DNA of 64,000 nucleotides from Vulcanimicrobiota bacterium (GCA_963714015.1 OY970223.1:2112001-2176000), one strand, 5' to 3'; positions 30,313 to 40,175 are shown, numbered from the stretch's first letter. Notes: a model not told the origin generated them from the sequence alone. Numbers and translations are program-made.

Positions 30313-32875
30313 CCTGAGCGCAAAGCGACACGCGCACGTGGTTGCCGTAGTTTCCCATCCGCTCGACGCAGAGGTTCTGGCCGATTGTGCGCACGATGAA
30401 CAGCCCGCGTCCCGATTCGCTGAAGGTGTCTGGGAGAGTATCCGGCACGCGAAACGGCTTGCCTGAGTCGATGACGTGCAGGGTTGGCGTATCGCCGGTC
30501 CATTCGAGTTCCACCTCGACCGGACCGGGAGCGTGCCGCACGACGTTACCGATCAGCTCGCCGAAGATGAGCTCTGCCGTTTCGATGAGCGGCAAGGCCG
30601 AGCCGCGAGAACGCAGATGTTCGACGAGCTCCAGGCGGGCGTTCTCGGCTGCGCGCGCGTCGTCAACTTTGAACGACCACTGTGGCCGATCGCCGACGAG
30701 CACCGTGAGAACCGCCACGTCGTCGTGCGAGGCTTTTCCAACGCACGACTGTTCGATCAGGTGCGCAGGTTCGATCGAGTGAACGATTGCGTCCGTCTGC
30801 AAAATCGCGTTCAGGCACGCCTCGCCTGCTTTCCAGTCGCGCGATCCTTCGATGAGGCCGTCGGTATAAAGCGTGATGAAATCTTCGGCCTGCAAACCGG
30901 CCTCCTCGCTAGGGGCCGCTTCCGCCAGAGTACGCAATCCCAACGGAAGTCCGGAGGATTTCAGTTCGATGAGCCGGCTGCCCCGGCGCAGTATGGGATA
31001 AGGATGGCCCGCATTTGCAAAGCGGATCGTCTTGCGATCCGGACTGATGATGCCGACGAACGCCGTAACGATCGTTTCGGGATAGCGTTTGCTCAGAAAC
31101 CAGCCCGCAGAGTCCAAAATACGTGCGGGATCGCGTTCGTGAAGCGGCACGACGCCGAGCGCGTGCCGTACTTTGCTCATGACGGCTGCCGCCTCGATGC
31201 CTTGTCCGGTAACGTCGCCGACGCTGATGACGACCGAACCATCGTCCAAATCGATGACGTCGTACCAGTCCCCGCCGACTTCGGATTCGGTGCCGGCCGG
31301 TGAGTATATCGCGTTCAAGAACAAGCCCGCCGGCCGCGGAATGATCGACGGCAGCGAGGCTCGCTGAAACGTCGTAGCGATGCGGCGCTCCCGCTCGAGC
31401 GTCTCGGCGTTTTCGATGGCAATAGAGGCGCGGCCGGAGATCTCCACCAAGCCGGGCAGATCTTCCAAATCGTAGTAGCGCCCCGAGTCGGTATAGTAAA
31501 CGAAAATCGCGCCGAACGTGTGCGTGCGCGTGGCGAGCGGAACCACAATAGCGGACGTCGGTTTGAGCGCGTCGACGCCGGGAGAGAGATACGGCCAACC
31601 GCGATCCTTGAGCCGGTGAACGTTAAGATGTTCCCGCACGATCGGCTCGCCGGTCCGCAGCCGCTCGATTAACTCTTTCTCCGCAGCGGGCTGCATGGTG
31701 CGCGTGCCGACGAATGACTCTACGAGCGGCTTCATGGCGGAGTCGCGATGCGCCGCCGCAATTGCGCGCAACGCGACGTCGTCTTCGATCCGCGCGACGA
31801 AAACTGCGTCAGCCATCTCGGAAACGATAATCTCCGCAACGGCTTGGAAGGTGTCGTCGAGATCGGACGACTCGATGAGGAGCTGACTGATCTTGGCCGA
31901 GAAACGTAAACGCTGTGAGGTGCGGCGCGCTTCGTCGAAGCGCCGCGTGTTGCTCATCGCCGCTCCTGCCCGCGATGCGACGGCAAGGGCCACGTCGAGA
32001 TCTTTGTGATCGAAGAGGTGACCGGACTCGGCCGAGATCATCGTTATTGCACCGAAGACTTCGCCTTTGAACGCGAGAGGGACGATCATTGCGGAATGCA
32101 TCGCGAGCTGGTGGAGCAGCTTCAGATGCTCTTCGTCCTGTGCCGACTCAGTGAGCTGTTCCGGAGTAATGCGCGAGAAGAGCATTGGAATGTTCAAACC
32201 GAGGACTTGAGCGAGCGGCCCTCCGCGGCTCGGCGGATACTTATCCCGGAAACGTTCGAGATAATGAACGAGATCGGCGTTCTTGTGGGCGATCGCGCGC
32301 GTGGCGTAGGAGCCGTCTGGCTCGACGATCGTGACGAAACACCAATCGGCGAAGTCGTGGACGGCGATCGCGGCAACCTCGCGGCAAATCGACTCCTCGT
32401 CGAGCGAGGCAGAGAGCAGCGAACCGGCTTCCACGACGAATTCCAAACTCTCGCGTGCCCGGCGCTGGTCGTCGATGTCGGTCGCGGTACCGATCCAGTG
32501 TGAGATGCCGCCCTCTTCGTCACGGACGGGGACGGCGCGCGCCAAAAACCAGCGGTAGCTCCCGTCCTGACCGCGACGCAGACGATATTCGATCTCGTAC
32601 GGATTGCCGGTGCGGAGGGCTTCGTTCCACCGCTCGTTCATGAGCGGCACGTCGTCGGGATGTACGATGCGAACGACGCCCTGCGCCAAGGGCAAATCCT
32701 GGACCGAGATGCCCGTGTAGTCGATCCACCCTTGATTGAAATAGTCGATGGTGCCGTCGACGCCGGCGGTCCACACCAGCTGCGGCATTGCCTCAGCGAT
32801 CTTTCGGAAGTCGTTCTCGGTCGCGCTAGGTTGCAAAAAGAAACCTCCGCCGGCGGTATTCGGGCCGGGCCTCAA
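30302..32875 (-). CDS. PAS-GAF-GAF-SpoIIE(PP2C)-HATPase sensory phosphatase (RsbU/RsbW-type fusion)
   Basis: PAS VHPDD, YEIEYRL, WFLARA; two GAF domains; VGGDWYD, VGDVTGQG, NAGHPYP, YTDGL, DDVA; ELIGNVVRHA, D.G, GRGLFIV. Confidence 0.93.
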   Translation of the reverse strand: MRPGPNTAGGGFFLQPSATENDFRKIAEAMPQLVWTAGVDGTIDYFNQGWIDYTGISVQDLPLAQGVVRIVHPDDVPLMNERWNEALRTGNPYEIEYRLRRGQDGSYRWFLARAVPVRDEEGGISHWIGTATDIDDQRRARESLEFVVEAGSLLSASLDEESICREVAAIAVHDFADWCFVTIVEPDGSYATRAIAHKNADLVHYLERFRDKYPPSRGGPLAQVLGLNIPMLFSRITPEQLTESAQDEEHLKLLHQLAMHSAMIVPLAFKGEVFGAITMISAESGHLFDHKDLDVALAVASRAGAAMSNTRRFDEARRTSQRLRFSAKISQLLIESSDLDDTFQAVAEIIVSEMADAVFVARIEDDVALRAIAAAHRDSAMKPLVESFVGTRTMQPAAEKELIERLRTGEPIVREHLNVHRLKDRGWPYLSPGVDALKPTSAIVVPLATRTHTFGAIFVYYTDSGRYYDLEDLPGLVEISGRASIAIENAETLERERRIATTFQRASLPSIIPRPAGLFLNAIYSPAGTESEVGGDWYDVIDLDDGSVVISVGDVTGQGIEAAAVMSKVRHALGVVPLHERDPARILDSAGWFLSKRYPETIVTAFVGIISPDRKTIRFANAGHPYPILRRGSRLIELKSSGLPLGLRTLAEAAPSEEAGLQAEDFITLYTDGLIEGSRDWKAGEACLNAILQTDAIVHSIEPAHLIEQSCVGKASHDDVAVLTVLVGDRPQWSFKVDDARAAENARLELVEHLRSRGSALPLIETAELIFGELIGNVVRHAPGPVEVELEWTGDTPTLHVIDSGKPFRVPDTLPDTFSESGRGLFIVRTIGQNLCVERMGNYGNHVRVSLCAQDGV

Positions 32876-32902
32876 GAGTACCCAGGGCAGGTGAGCGCGC
32901 TG

Positions 32903-33595
32903 CTATTCGCCGCGCGCTGCCTTGGCCTCGCCTTCGTCGGGCGCACCCAGCAGAAGCCACGCAGCGCCGGCTGCAAGGACGGCACCGATGCACGGCCCTG
33001 CGAGGTAAATCCATACCAGATGATATGCACCGCCCAGGATCTGGGGCGCAATGGAACGCGCGGGATTCATCGATGCGCCGCTGATGTGCCCGGCAAAAAA
33101 GCCGCATGCAGCAACGCTTAAGCCCACGGCTAGCGCCGCTTGCTTTCCGACGACCGCTTCTTGTTCGGCACAGCCCAGGATCACCAGCATCACCAAAAAC
33201 GTCAGAATGATCTCGGTGAGGAACGCTTGGACATCGGTGTACTTTGCGCTGGGATGGCTCGCGCCCAATACCATCAAATGACCCCACAACGCCAGTGCCA
33301 GTCCCGCCGCGGCGAATGCACCCGCGAACTGCGCGATCCAGTAATACAGCAGCTGCCGCATCGACATGACGCGCCGCGCAAAGAAGCCGAGACTGACGGC
33401 CGGATCGATATGCGCGCCGGAGACTCCCGAGAGCGCGTAAATGACCGCGATAGTGATAAATCCGCGGGCGAGCCACCGCGAGACGTCTTCCATATGGCCG
33501 TCGGTGTAGTAGATGACGTCGACCGAGGTCGGCACGAGTGTCGCAAAAAACGTGCCGACGAACTCGGCTCCGATTTTGCGCAGCGGATCCGTCAT
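32903..33595 (-). CDS. MIP/aquaporin family channel with DPA in place of the first NPA
   Basis: AEFVGTF, SGAHIDPAVS, AQFAGA, SMNPARS, WIYLAGP. Confidence 0.93.
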   Translation of the reverse strand: MTDPLRKIGAEFVGTFFATLVPTSVDVIYYTDGHMEDVSRWLARGFITIAVIYALSGVSGAHIDPAVSLGFFARRVMSMRQLLYYWIAQFAGAFAAAGLALALWGHLMVLGASHPSAKYTDVQAFLTEIILTFLVMLVILGCAEQEAVVGKQAALAVGLSVAACGFFAGHISGASMNPARSIAPQILGGAYHLVWIYLAGPCIGAVLAAGAAWLLLGAPDEGEAKAARGE

Positions 33596-34113
33596 GGAAC
33601 GGCGGGAAGCCGAAGTTCTCCGGCGCGCACGCGACGATAGAATCCTTGAAGAAAGCGCGCCTGCTTTGCGTGTTCTTGCTCGGGATCGAACCCGAATGGA
33701 CGCTCTTCGGCCACGGCTTCTTCTAGTTCGCGCCCTTGCGCCATGCGATAGATGATTGCGAACGTGGAAGTTCGGCCGTTTCCGCCCTTACAATGGAAGA
33801 AGATCGGTCGCTCCGGCAGATTGTACGCGCACAAGTCCAGCCATTGGAGACACTGCTCGACGCTGGGGGGATAGTCGTTCAGAACTGGAATGCGCACCGG
33901 CTTGAGCTCGGGAGCGACGCGATCGACGAACGAACTTTCGTCGCGATGGCGCAGGTTCACGATAATTTTGAAGCCGTTTTGGCCGAGCCACTCGTAACCT
34001 TCGCGCACCGGCTGACCGCCGCGCGCCAAAAACGGTTCGACGAGGCCGAAGGCCGGAATTGCATGGGAATCCGGCTGGGTGCTTTCGCTCTGCAACATTT
34101 CTCCTAACGACAC
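33592..34113 (-). CDS. Cys-based (CX5R) dual-specificity/PTP-like phosphatase
   Basis: RGGQP, IIVNLR, D..PP acid loop, FFHCKGGNGRT; ATGA overlap with the aquaporin. Confidence 0.88.
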   Translation of the reverse strand: MSLGEMLQSESTQPDSHAIPAFGLVEPFLARGGQPVREGYEWLGQNGFKIIVNLRHRDESSFVDRVAPELKPVRIPVLNDYPPSVEQCLQWLDLCAYNLPERPIFFHCKGGNGRTSTFAIIYRMAQGRELEEAVAEERPFGFDPEQEHAKQARFLQGFYRRVRAGELRLPAVP

Positions 34114-34204
34114 AACTACCCGTCCGCTTAGGGCCTTAATCGCCCGTAGTCCGAGGCTGCCTCCGGGGGCGTAACGAGCCGGTCCGGCGAACCGTTGAAG
34201 GAAG

Positions 34205-34447
34205 ATGCGGACGCTTTTGAGCTTTCTCGGCTTGCTTGTGGTGTGCTATTTGGCGCTGACTGCGTATGCCGGCTTTCGCGTGGCCCGCGGTATCGACGAC
34301 GCCAAGGCTCAAAGCGTCGTGACGCGCGTCGGCGCTCGCATGATGGGCCGCGACGCCGTGGAACGAGTGGCGATTAGGAAGGGCAACGTGCCGCCCTGGA
34401 TTACGAAGTCGCCGGCGTTTTGGCTGACCCTGCGCGCGATGGAGTAA
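34205..34447 (+). CDS. Small membrane-anchored hypothetical protein
   Basis: N-terminal TM helix; purine-rich upstream sequence; ends 4 nt before the next gene. Confidence 0.6.
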   Translation: MRTLLSFLGLLVVCYLALTAYAGFRVARGIDDAKAQSVVTRVGARMMGRDAVERVAIRKGNVPPWITKSPAFWLTLRAME

Positions 34448-34451
34448 CGCC

Positions 34452-35261
34452 GTGTCGATGTGGGAACCTTTTACCGAACAGGCGAAGCGCACGATCGTGC
34501 TGGCGCAAGAAGCGGCGCAACATTTGGGTACGGCATGGATTGGCACCGAGCATCTGTTGCTCGGCATTCTTTCACGCAACGAGAGCGGCGCCGAGTTGTT
34601 GCGAGATGCCGGCGTAACGTACGATTCTGCATTCCAGCACTATCGCGCAATTTTTGGCGAGCCTGGCACGAAACGCTCCGGCGAGATGGTCTTTTCTGCG
34701 GGCGCGAAACGAGCGATCGAGCTCGCGTTCACACAGGCCCGTGAATTAAACCATCGTTTTATCGGCGAGGAGCATCTGCTGCTCGCGATATTGCGCGAAG
34801 GCGACCCTTCGGACGCGGTGATCGCGCCGTTGACCGCGCGCTACGACGAAGTTCGCGCCCGGGTGATTGAAAAGATTCCTCCGGGAAAGCCGGCCGAAGA
34901 GGCGATCTTCCAGGCGATCGATCACGTGCAACTGGCGATGCCGCCGGGGCAGGAAGGCCGCGCGCGTGAATTCTACGCGGGCATTTTGGGAATGCAGGAG
35001 CGCCCGAAGCCCGAGGATCTTGCTAAACGCGGCGGCGTTTGGTTTGAAAGCGGTTCAGTGCACCTCCACTTAGGCGCAGACCCGGATTTTCGCGCGGGCG
35101 CCAAAGCGCACGTGGCGTTGCACTGCCGGGATTACGACGCACTGGTGAACAAACTCGCGAATTGCGGCGTAACGGTGAAACGCGCCTCGCCGCTTCCCGG
35201 GGACCGCGCTCACTCGTACGTGCACGATCCGTTCGGCAACCGCATCGAACTGTTGAAATAA
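34452..35261 (+). CDS. Clp N-terminal double-repeat domain fused to a VOC/glyoxalase domain
   Basis: FTEQAKRTIVLAQEAA...IGTEHLLLGIL and FSAGAKRAIELA..ARELNH.FIGEEHLLLAIL; then IDHVQLAMP...AREFY...HLHLG...HVAL...DPFGNRIEL. Confidence 0.88.
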   Translation: MSMWEPFTEQAKRTIVLAQEAAQHLGTAWIGTEHLLLGILSRNESGAELLRDAGVTYDSAFQHYRAIFGEPGTKRSGEMVFSAGAKRAIELAFTQARELNHRFIGEEHLLLAILREGDPSDAVIAPLTARYDEVRARVIEKIPPGKPAEEAIFQAIDHVQLAMPPGQEGRAREFYAGILGMQERPKPEDLAKRGGVWFESGSVHLHLGADPDFRAGAKAHVALHCRDYDALVNKLANCGVTVKRASPLPGDRAHSYVHDPFGNRIELLK

Positions 35262-35272
35262 AGGAGAAAAGT

Positions 35273-35947
35273 ATGTTTGCAACTTGGCCTCGCGCCGCTT
35301 TTGCGGCGTTCCTTTGTACCGTGTCGCTGATTTGGCCGCTGGCCTCCGCCGCGGCGGTTTCGGACAAACCGGCCGGGGCGGAAATCGCTTTCGTGCATTC
35401 CGTTCAAACGACGATCAGCGGACTCTATCCCACACCGGCGGCTGCCGAGAAGGCCGGGTACTTTCGCTACACCAACGTCGACGACACAGGCGCAATCAGC
35501 TACGTAAATCCGGCGTACTGGAAGAGCGATCTGCAGCATCCCAGTCAGCTCTGGTACGGCGTGAAGGGCGAACTGTTAGGCGTGGATTACACGCAGCCGT
35601 ATTCAAGCACTGCGCCTTCGCTCTGGGGCGTTAATCCGGCCCGCTGGACGAAGTTCGGCGCGCACGTGCACTGGGTCCAAACGATGCCGGACGGCAGCAT
35701 GACGTACGGACACGCGACGTCGGTAGCGAAGTACAAGGCGGCCGGCGGAAACGTGAACGATCCGTCCGCGGCGCCGCTGGTGAAGATGGGGAAAGTCTCG
35801 AGCGCAAGCAGCGTTTCGCACGTGTTCGCGTTTCCGGACCTTTGGGACTTGGAATTGTGGGTGAAGAACAACCCCAAAGGAGCCTTTGCGGACTCCAACC
35901 CGCTGGTACCCGTCCCGAAGAAAACCGGAAAAGACACGAGCATGTAG
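35273..35947 (+). CDS. Secreted hypothetical protein
   Basis: AAGGAG RBS, signal peptide, AEKAGY..YVNP..PSQLWY..GVDY..WV..NP.GAFA..NP. Confidence 0.8.
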   Translation: MFATWPRAAFAAFLCTVSLIWPLASAAAVSDKPAGAEIAFVHSVQTTISGLYPTPAAAEKAGYFRYTNVDDTGAISYVNPAYWKSDLQHPSQLWYGVKGELLGVDYTQPYSSTAPSLWGVNPARWTKFGAHVHWVQTMPDGSMTYGHATSVAKYKAAGGNVNDPSAAPLVKMGKVSSASSVSHVFAFPDLWDLELWVKNNPKGAFADSNPLVPVPKKTGKDTSM

Positions 35948-35956
35948 CGCCGCCCT

Positions 35957-38900
35957 TTAGAGCGGCAACGCGAGCAGCGAATCCTGCGAAGGCGAACGTG
36001 CCTTCTCGATATAGCTGCAGAGAATGTTGACCGTCGCTATTTGGTCGATCGAGCGGCAGCGCACGTCCGGCAATGCCGCTCCGGCCAAGACGATGCTCAT
36101 CGCCCGCGCACGGGATATCGCGACGTTGAACCGATTCTTTTCGAACAGGAATCCAACGTCACGCGGCAGGTCGTTGCCGCTGGACGTAGCCATGGAGTAG
36201 AAGACAACACAAGCTTCTTGCCCCTGAAATTTGTCGACCGTCCCTACGCGAACGTCGACGCCCTCGTCGCGCAAGAGTTTGGCGATCAAGCGCCGTTGAG
36301 CGTTGTACGGCGTGACGACGATGACGTCCGCAGGCGTCAACGCGCGGCGCTGCCCTTTGGCGTCGGTTAACGTGCCCTGCAGCAGAAGACGAATCTCGGC
36401 AACAATCCGTTCCGCTTCCTCGCGGGACTCGCGGCTGTTGCCCTCGTGATCGATCGCGATGAATTGCATGCCGGAGCCCGAGAGGCCCGGGCTATCGACG
36501 CGTTGCAGCCCGTTATCTTTGCCCGCGTGCAGACGCCCCTCGTACATGGACTGCGATATGAACTTGCAGATCTCGGGATGCATGCGGTGCGAGATCTCGA
36601 GGAAGATGCCGCGATCGGGAGCCACCGTTTGCCGATCGCCAAGAAGATGTTCGAGGATCGAGACGCCGGCGCCGATTGGATGCGTCCCCTGGGAGACTTG
36701 CGCTAACTGCAGCGGGTCACCCAGAAGAACGATGTTACGTGCGGCAAGCGAAACCGCGAGTGCGTCGGCGAGCGAGACTTGCCCGGCTTCGTCGATGAAG
36801 AGGTAGTCGAATTTTCCGGCGACCGCATGGCGCGTGAAAAGCCACGCGGTTCCGGCGGCCAAACGGCAGTCGCCGGACTCGAACGGTTCGTTCGAGTTGA
36901 TCGAAGTTATGAGCGGTTGCACAAGCTCGGAGAGATACCGGGAGTCCTCGTCGCTATGCTTATAGAGACCGGCGAAGGTCACGCCGCGTTTGTGCGCGCA
37001 CTCTTCGACCTTGCGTAGCAAATTGTGAATAGCTTTGTGGCTGTTGCTGAGCACGCCGACGCGGTTGCCGGCGGCGAGCAGATCGCAAATCACTTGCGAG
37101 CCGATCGTGCTTTTGCCCGAACCCGGCGGACCCTGAATGAACAAGTAGCTGTCGTTCAGTGATTGCGCAACTTCGCTGACGGCTTGCGCGGTCAACTCCG
37201 CCGGCTGGACGAGACCGCCGAAATCCGGCCGAAGGCGCGGATTACGCGCGAGCAGCAGGTCAAGCGTCGCATTCGGAAGCGCGCCGTTCCCGTATGCTTC
37301 GGCAATTCGCACGAGCGAAGCTTTCTGCTCGTCGGTGCGTATGGGACCGGGCGGAATAAGCGCGGTGGTCTTCGCGGCCTCCTCGAGTGAACCGGATCGC
37401 TTGAGCCGCAGGAGCCGCCGGTCCTCGTCAATGGCGACGATGGTACCGGCGCCTTCGCGCGTCGCCGGATCGGTGACGTTGTCGCGGGCTCCGACTTTAT
37501 ACGCCTGATCGGGAAAGCTGTACGTATAGACGAGATTGCGATCTTTTGCGCCGGCTTTGTAGGGCGCGAATTCGAGCTCGAGCTTGAGGCCTCCGATCGC
37601 CTCGCGGTCGAATTCCACGAGATGATCGAGATTTTCACAACGATCGAAGAATGCCCACCACGCCGGCTTTTCTTCGCGGCGGTGATATGCAATAAGGTTT
37701 GCCAGAAGATATCGCGCCCGCCGGTCGTCGCTCATCAGCGCATACTCGCTTGCGGATTGCGGTGCCGTAACGCCATCCAGCAATTTCCGCTGCAGATCGC
37801 TGGTCTGCCGTTCTTCGCGGCGGATCTTCTCGCGATCGGAGCACTTTTTGCAGCCGGGCGTGGAATTCTCGTGACAAACGAGTTTCGGTTCGTGAAAGGG
37901 GATACTGACGCCTGATTTCGCTTGCGCCTCTTCGCGGCGTTCGAGCAGCCAGTCGCGCAAAAGAAGTGTGGAGCGGCAGTCGTCTTCGTTATAGCGTTCG
38001 ATGTCGTGAAGAATCTCGACGCGCGTCCGATCGACGAGCCACTGTTCGAACATGACGATCGAGTCGTCGCCTTTCTTGACTTCGGTCAACCGCTTGAAGG
38101 CGTAGAACTTTTCCAACCGCTTGATGCTGTAGCTGGATTCGGAGATGACGACGGACTGACGCACGACGGCGTAAAGATCGACGAGCACTTCGGCGCGAAG
38201 GAGCTCGTCGACTTCCGTTTCACGCGTGCAGTGAGCCTGTGCCAAACGCCGAAGGGCCGACTTCTCGTAATCGGCGTAGTGATACACGTGCATCTGCGGA
38301 TAACGCAGCCGGCGGTCGACGATAAAGTCGATGAACTGCTCGAAAGCGCGTTTTTCTTCAGTCCGGGTCAGCGCCCAAAATGCTTTATAGCGCGGTTCGT
38401 CGTCCGGGAGCCAGCATCCGAAGAGATATTCGAGGCCGCGGGCCGGCTCGTAGAGCGGGTCGCCTTCCATGTCGAAGAACACGTCGCCCGCCTGCGGTTT
38501 GGGCATGAGGCCGAAACCGTTAAACGGCTCGTGCTCGATGAGTTCGTGCACCGGACCTTCGCTGCGCCCGCGCACCTGCATTGTCGCTTGACGCCGCAAT
38601 TTCGCAAACGTCACGGGGTTCATGCGCTCGGGACGCTGGTCGTCGCGCGCTGCGGCAAGGTCGACGACCGTTGCGATTCCTTTTGAGCCCAGCCGTTCGA
38701 CCTGATCGCGGCGCATCCACGCGACGAGACTCAGATGATCGTCGCCCTCACGGCGGCTCGAGCATTCGGCGTTCCACTTGCACGTGGGGCAGTGCGCGCA
38801 CTTGTTCGGATAAAGCGAAGGCAGAGAATTTGCGGATTGCGCCGAGGCGATGAAGCGCTGCTTGATGCGGCGGTAGTATGCGGCGAATTCGTTCAACCGA

Positions 38901-39448
38901 TAGCGGCGCTCCTCACCGCTGCCGAGCACAATTGCGCCGTACTCCGGATCGGACTGTTGGATGCGCGCCAGGTGTTCGCTGTAATTACACAGCTGAATGA
39001 TGAAGTAGGGCTTGGGGTTGACGGCGAGCTTCGTGTCGATGACTTCGTAACTCCACTGCCAGCGGCCGCTGGGAACATCGACTCTGCGCAGAAAATCCGG
39101 GTGTCCCAGGAATTGGCCATCGAAGAACGTGCCTTGAAAGATAAGGCGGTCGCCGCGCTCCATCGCTTCGATCGTGCGCTCCTGCGCGTCACGAAAGCCG
39201 GCCAGGGAACGATCGGGCCGTTCGAAGATGGTGAGTCCCCCCGGCGTTTCGGCGCGGAGCCTTTCAACATGACGATGCTCGTGCTCCTCGCCTTTGCGAG
39301 CGATCAGCTCCGCCGTCGGATCGTCGCGTTCGGGCTTTGACTTCAGGCCGCGCGCGACGAGTTCGTCCAAGTGCGTCAGGTACTCGCACTCGAGGAAATT
39401 GTTCAGGTCGGACGCCGCAAAGACGAAATGCCCCTCAACGATCTGCAT
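35957..39448 (-). CDS. TM0106 family RecB-like nuclease / RNaseH-like / SF1 (Dna2/Upf1-like) helicase
   Basis: ASDL, PDFL, VIDTKL, QLCNY; DMEGDP..EYLFG, YHYADYE, YSIKRLE, YNEDDC; QGPPGSGKS, DEAGQ, GDPLQL, TPYNAQ, TVDKFQGQE, RFNVAISRA. Confidence 0.93.
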   Translation of the reverse strand: MQIVEGHFVFAASDLNNFLECEYLTHLDELVARGLKSKPERDDPTAELIARKGEEHEHRHVERLRAETPGGLTIFERPDRSLAGFRDAQERTIEAMERGDRLIFQGTFFDGQFLGHPDFLRRVDVPSGRWQWSYEVIDTKLAVNPKPYFIIQLCNYSEHLARIQQSDPEYGAIVLGSGEERRYRLNEFAAYYRRIKQRFIASAQSANSLPSLYPNKCAHCPTCKWNAECSSRREGDDHLSLVAWMRRDQVERLGSKGIATVVDLAAARDDQRPERMNPVTFAKLRRQATMQVRGRSEGPVHELIEHEPFNGFGLMPKPQAGDVFFDMEGDPLYEPARGLEYLFGCWLPDDEPRYKAFWALTRTEEKRAFEQFIDFIVDRRLRYPQMHVYHYADYEKSALRRLAQAHCTRETEVDELLRAEVLVDLYAVVRQSVVISESSYSIKRLEKFYAFKRLTEVKKGDDSIVMFEQWLVDRTRVEILHDIERYNEDDCRSTLLLRDWLLERREEAQAKSGVSIPFHEPKLVCHENSTPGCKKCSDREKIRREERQTSDLQRKLLDGVTAPQSASEYALMSDDRRARYLLANLIAYHRREEKPAWWAFFDRCENLDHLVEFDREAIGGLKLELEFAPYKAGAKDRNLVYTYSFPDQAYKVGARDNVTDPATREGAGTIVAIDEDRRLLRLKRSGSLEEAAKTTALIPPGPIRTDEQKASLVRIAEAYGNGALPNATLDLLLARNPRLRPDFGGLVQPAELTAQAVSEVAQSLNDSYLFIQGPPGSGKSTIGSQVICDLLAAGNRVGVLSNSHKAIHNLLRKVEECAHKRGVTFAGLYKHSDEDSRYLSELVQPLITSINSNEPFESGDCRLAAGTAWLFTRHAVAGKFDYLFIDEAGQVSLADALAVSLAARNIVLLGDPLQLAQVSQGTHPIGAGVSILEHLLGDRQTVAPDRGIFLEISHRMHPEICKFISQSMYEGRLHAGKDNGLQRVDSPGLSGSGMQFIAIDHEGNSRESREEAERIVAEIRLLLQGTLTDAKGQRRALTPADVIVVTPYNAQRRLIAKLLRDEGVDVRVGTVDKFQGQEACVVFYSMATSSGNDLPRDVGFLFEKNRFNVAISRARAMSIVLAGAALPDVRCRSIDQIATVNILCSYIEKARSPSQDSLLALPL

Positions 39449-39812
39449 GGTGTTCTGCTCTCATACGCCAATTGGAACATACAGTCATGCCAGGGGTATG
39501 GCATTCCGGTCTACGTTTATAGTGGTGGAGCTGGAAAAATCAATCGGAGGGCCAGAATGCCTCGCATTCACCATCCCGCGGAATTCCCCTGATGAATTCG
39601 CAAACCCGCTGCGAATGATCCGCGCGCCACGTGTAGTAGATGTTACGGACCCAGTTCGACGAGTCACGACTTCAACCAATCCGCGGCATAAGTCAGGGGC
39701 TACGCGTCAATTAATGGCAACTCGCGCAAAGATAATACGGTAATAAACCGGCTTGCTTCGAGGTGGACACTGAAGTTGCTCGACAAGACAAATTCCGAAA
39801 TGTCATTACCGA

Positions 39813-40175
39813 TCAGCGGCTATGAATCCATTCTTCAAGATTAGCTTTCAGTCGATCGTCCAATCCATACCATAGGACACCTGTTCGAATCTCTTCCGAG
39901 CTGTCATCGAGCCCTTTGTATGGGAATGCCACGTGCCAGAGAAATTCCTCCAAGGGCGACTCTTCATCGAAAACTGTTATCGGCTCTCGTGCAGGATTCA
40001 TCATATGACTCGCCTTGTCGATCGCGTCATGCAGAGCCTCAGCGACTGGTCCCCACGCTACTACGAAGCGCGGTGCCGTCTCGGAAACGCCGCGTGCAAT
40101 GATTTTTATTTCGGTCGGTGTCAATAGCGCTTCCACGACGAGGACTATCGTCGAGCAACCACCTAAGCTGCGCAC
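39813..40175 (-). CDS. Hypothetical protein in an AT-richer segment; start uncertain
   Basis: Open frame of 120 aa with protein-like composition; no recognisable motif. Confidence 0.4.
   Translation of the reverse strand: MRSLGGCSTIVLVVEALLTPTEIKIIARGVSETAPRFVVAWGPVAEALHDAIDKASHMMNPAREPITVFDEESPLEEFLWHVAFPYKGLDDSSEEIRTGVLWYGLDDRLKANLEEWIHSR

Noticed and set aside
35957..39448. Cas4-like nuclease suggesting a CRISPR-Cas locus
   Set aside because: It is the RecB-like domain of a TM0106 protein; there are no cas genes or array in the window.
39575..39630. CTGATGA followed by a hairpin, resembling a hammerhead ribozyme core
   Set aside because: The stem is followed by GATC, not the required GAAA, and no stem I/III with an NUH site could be built.
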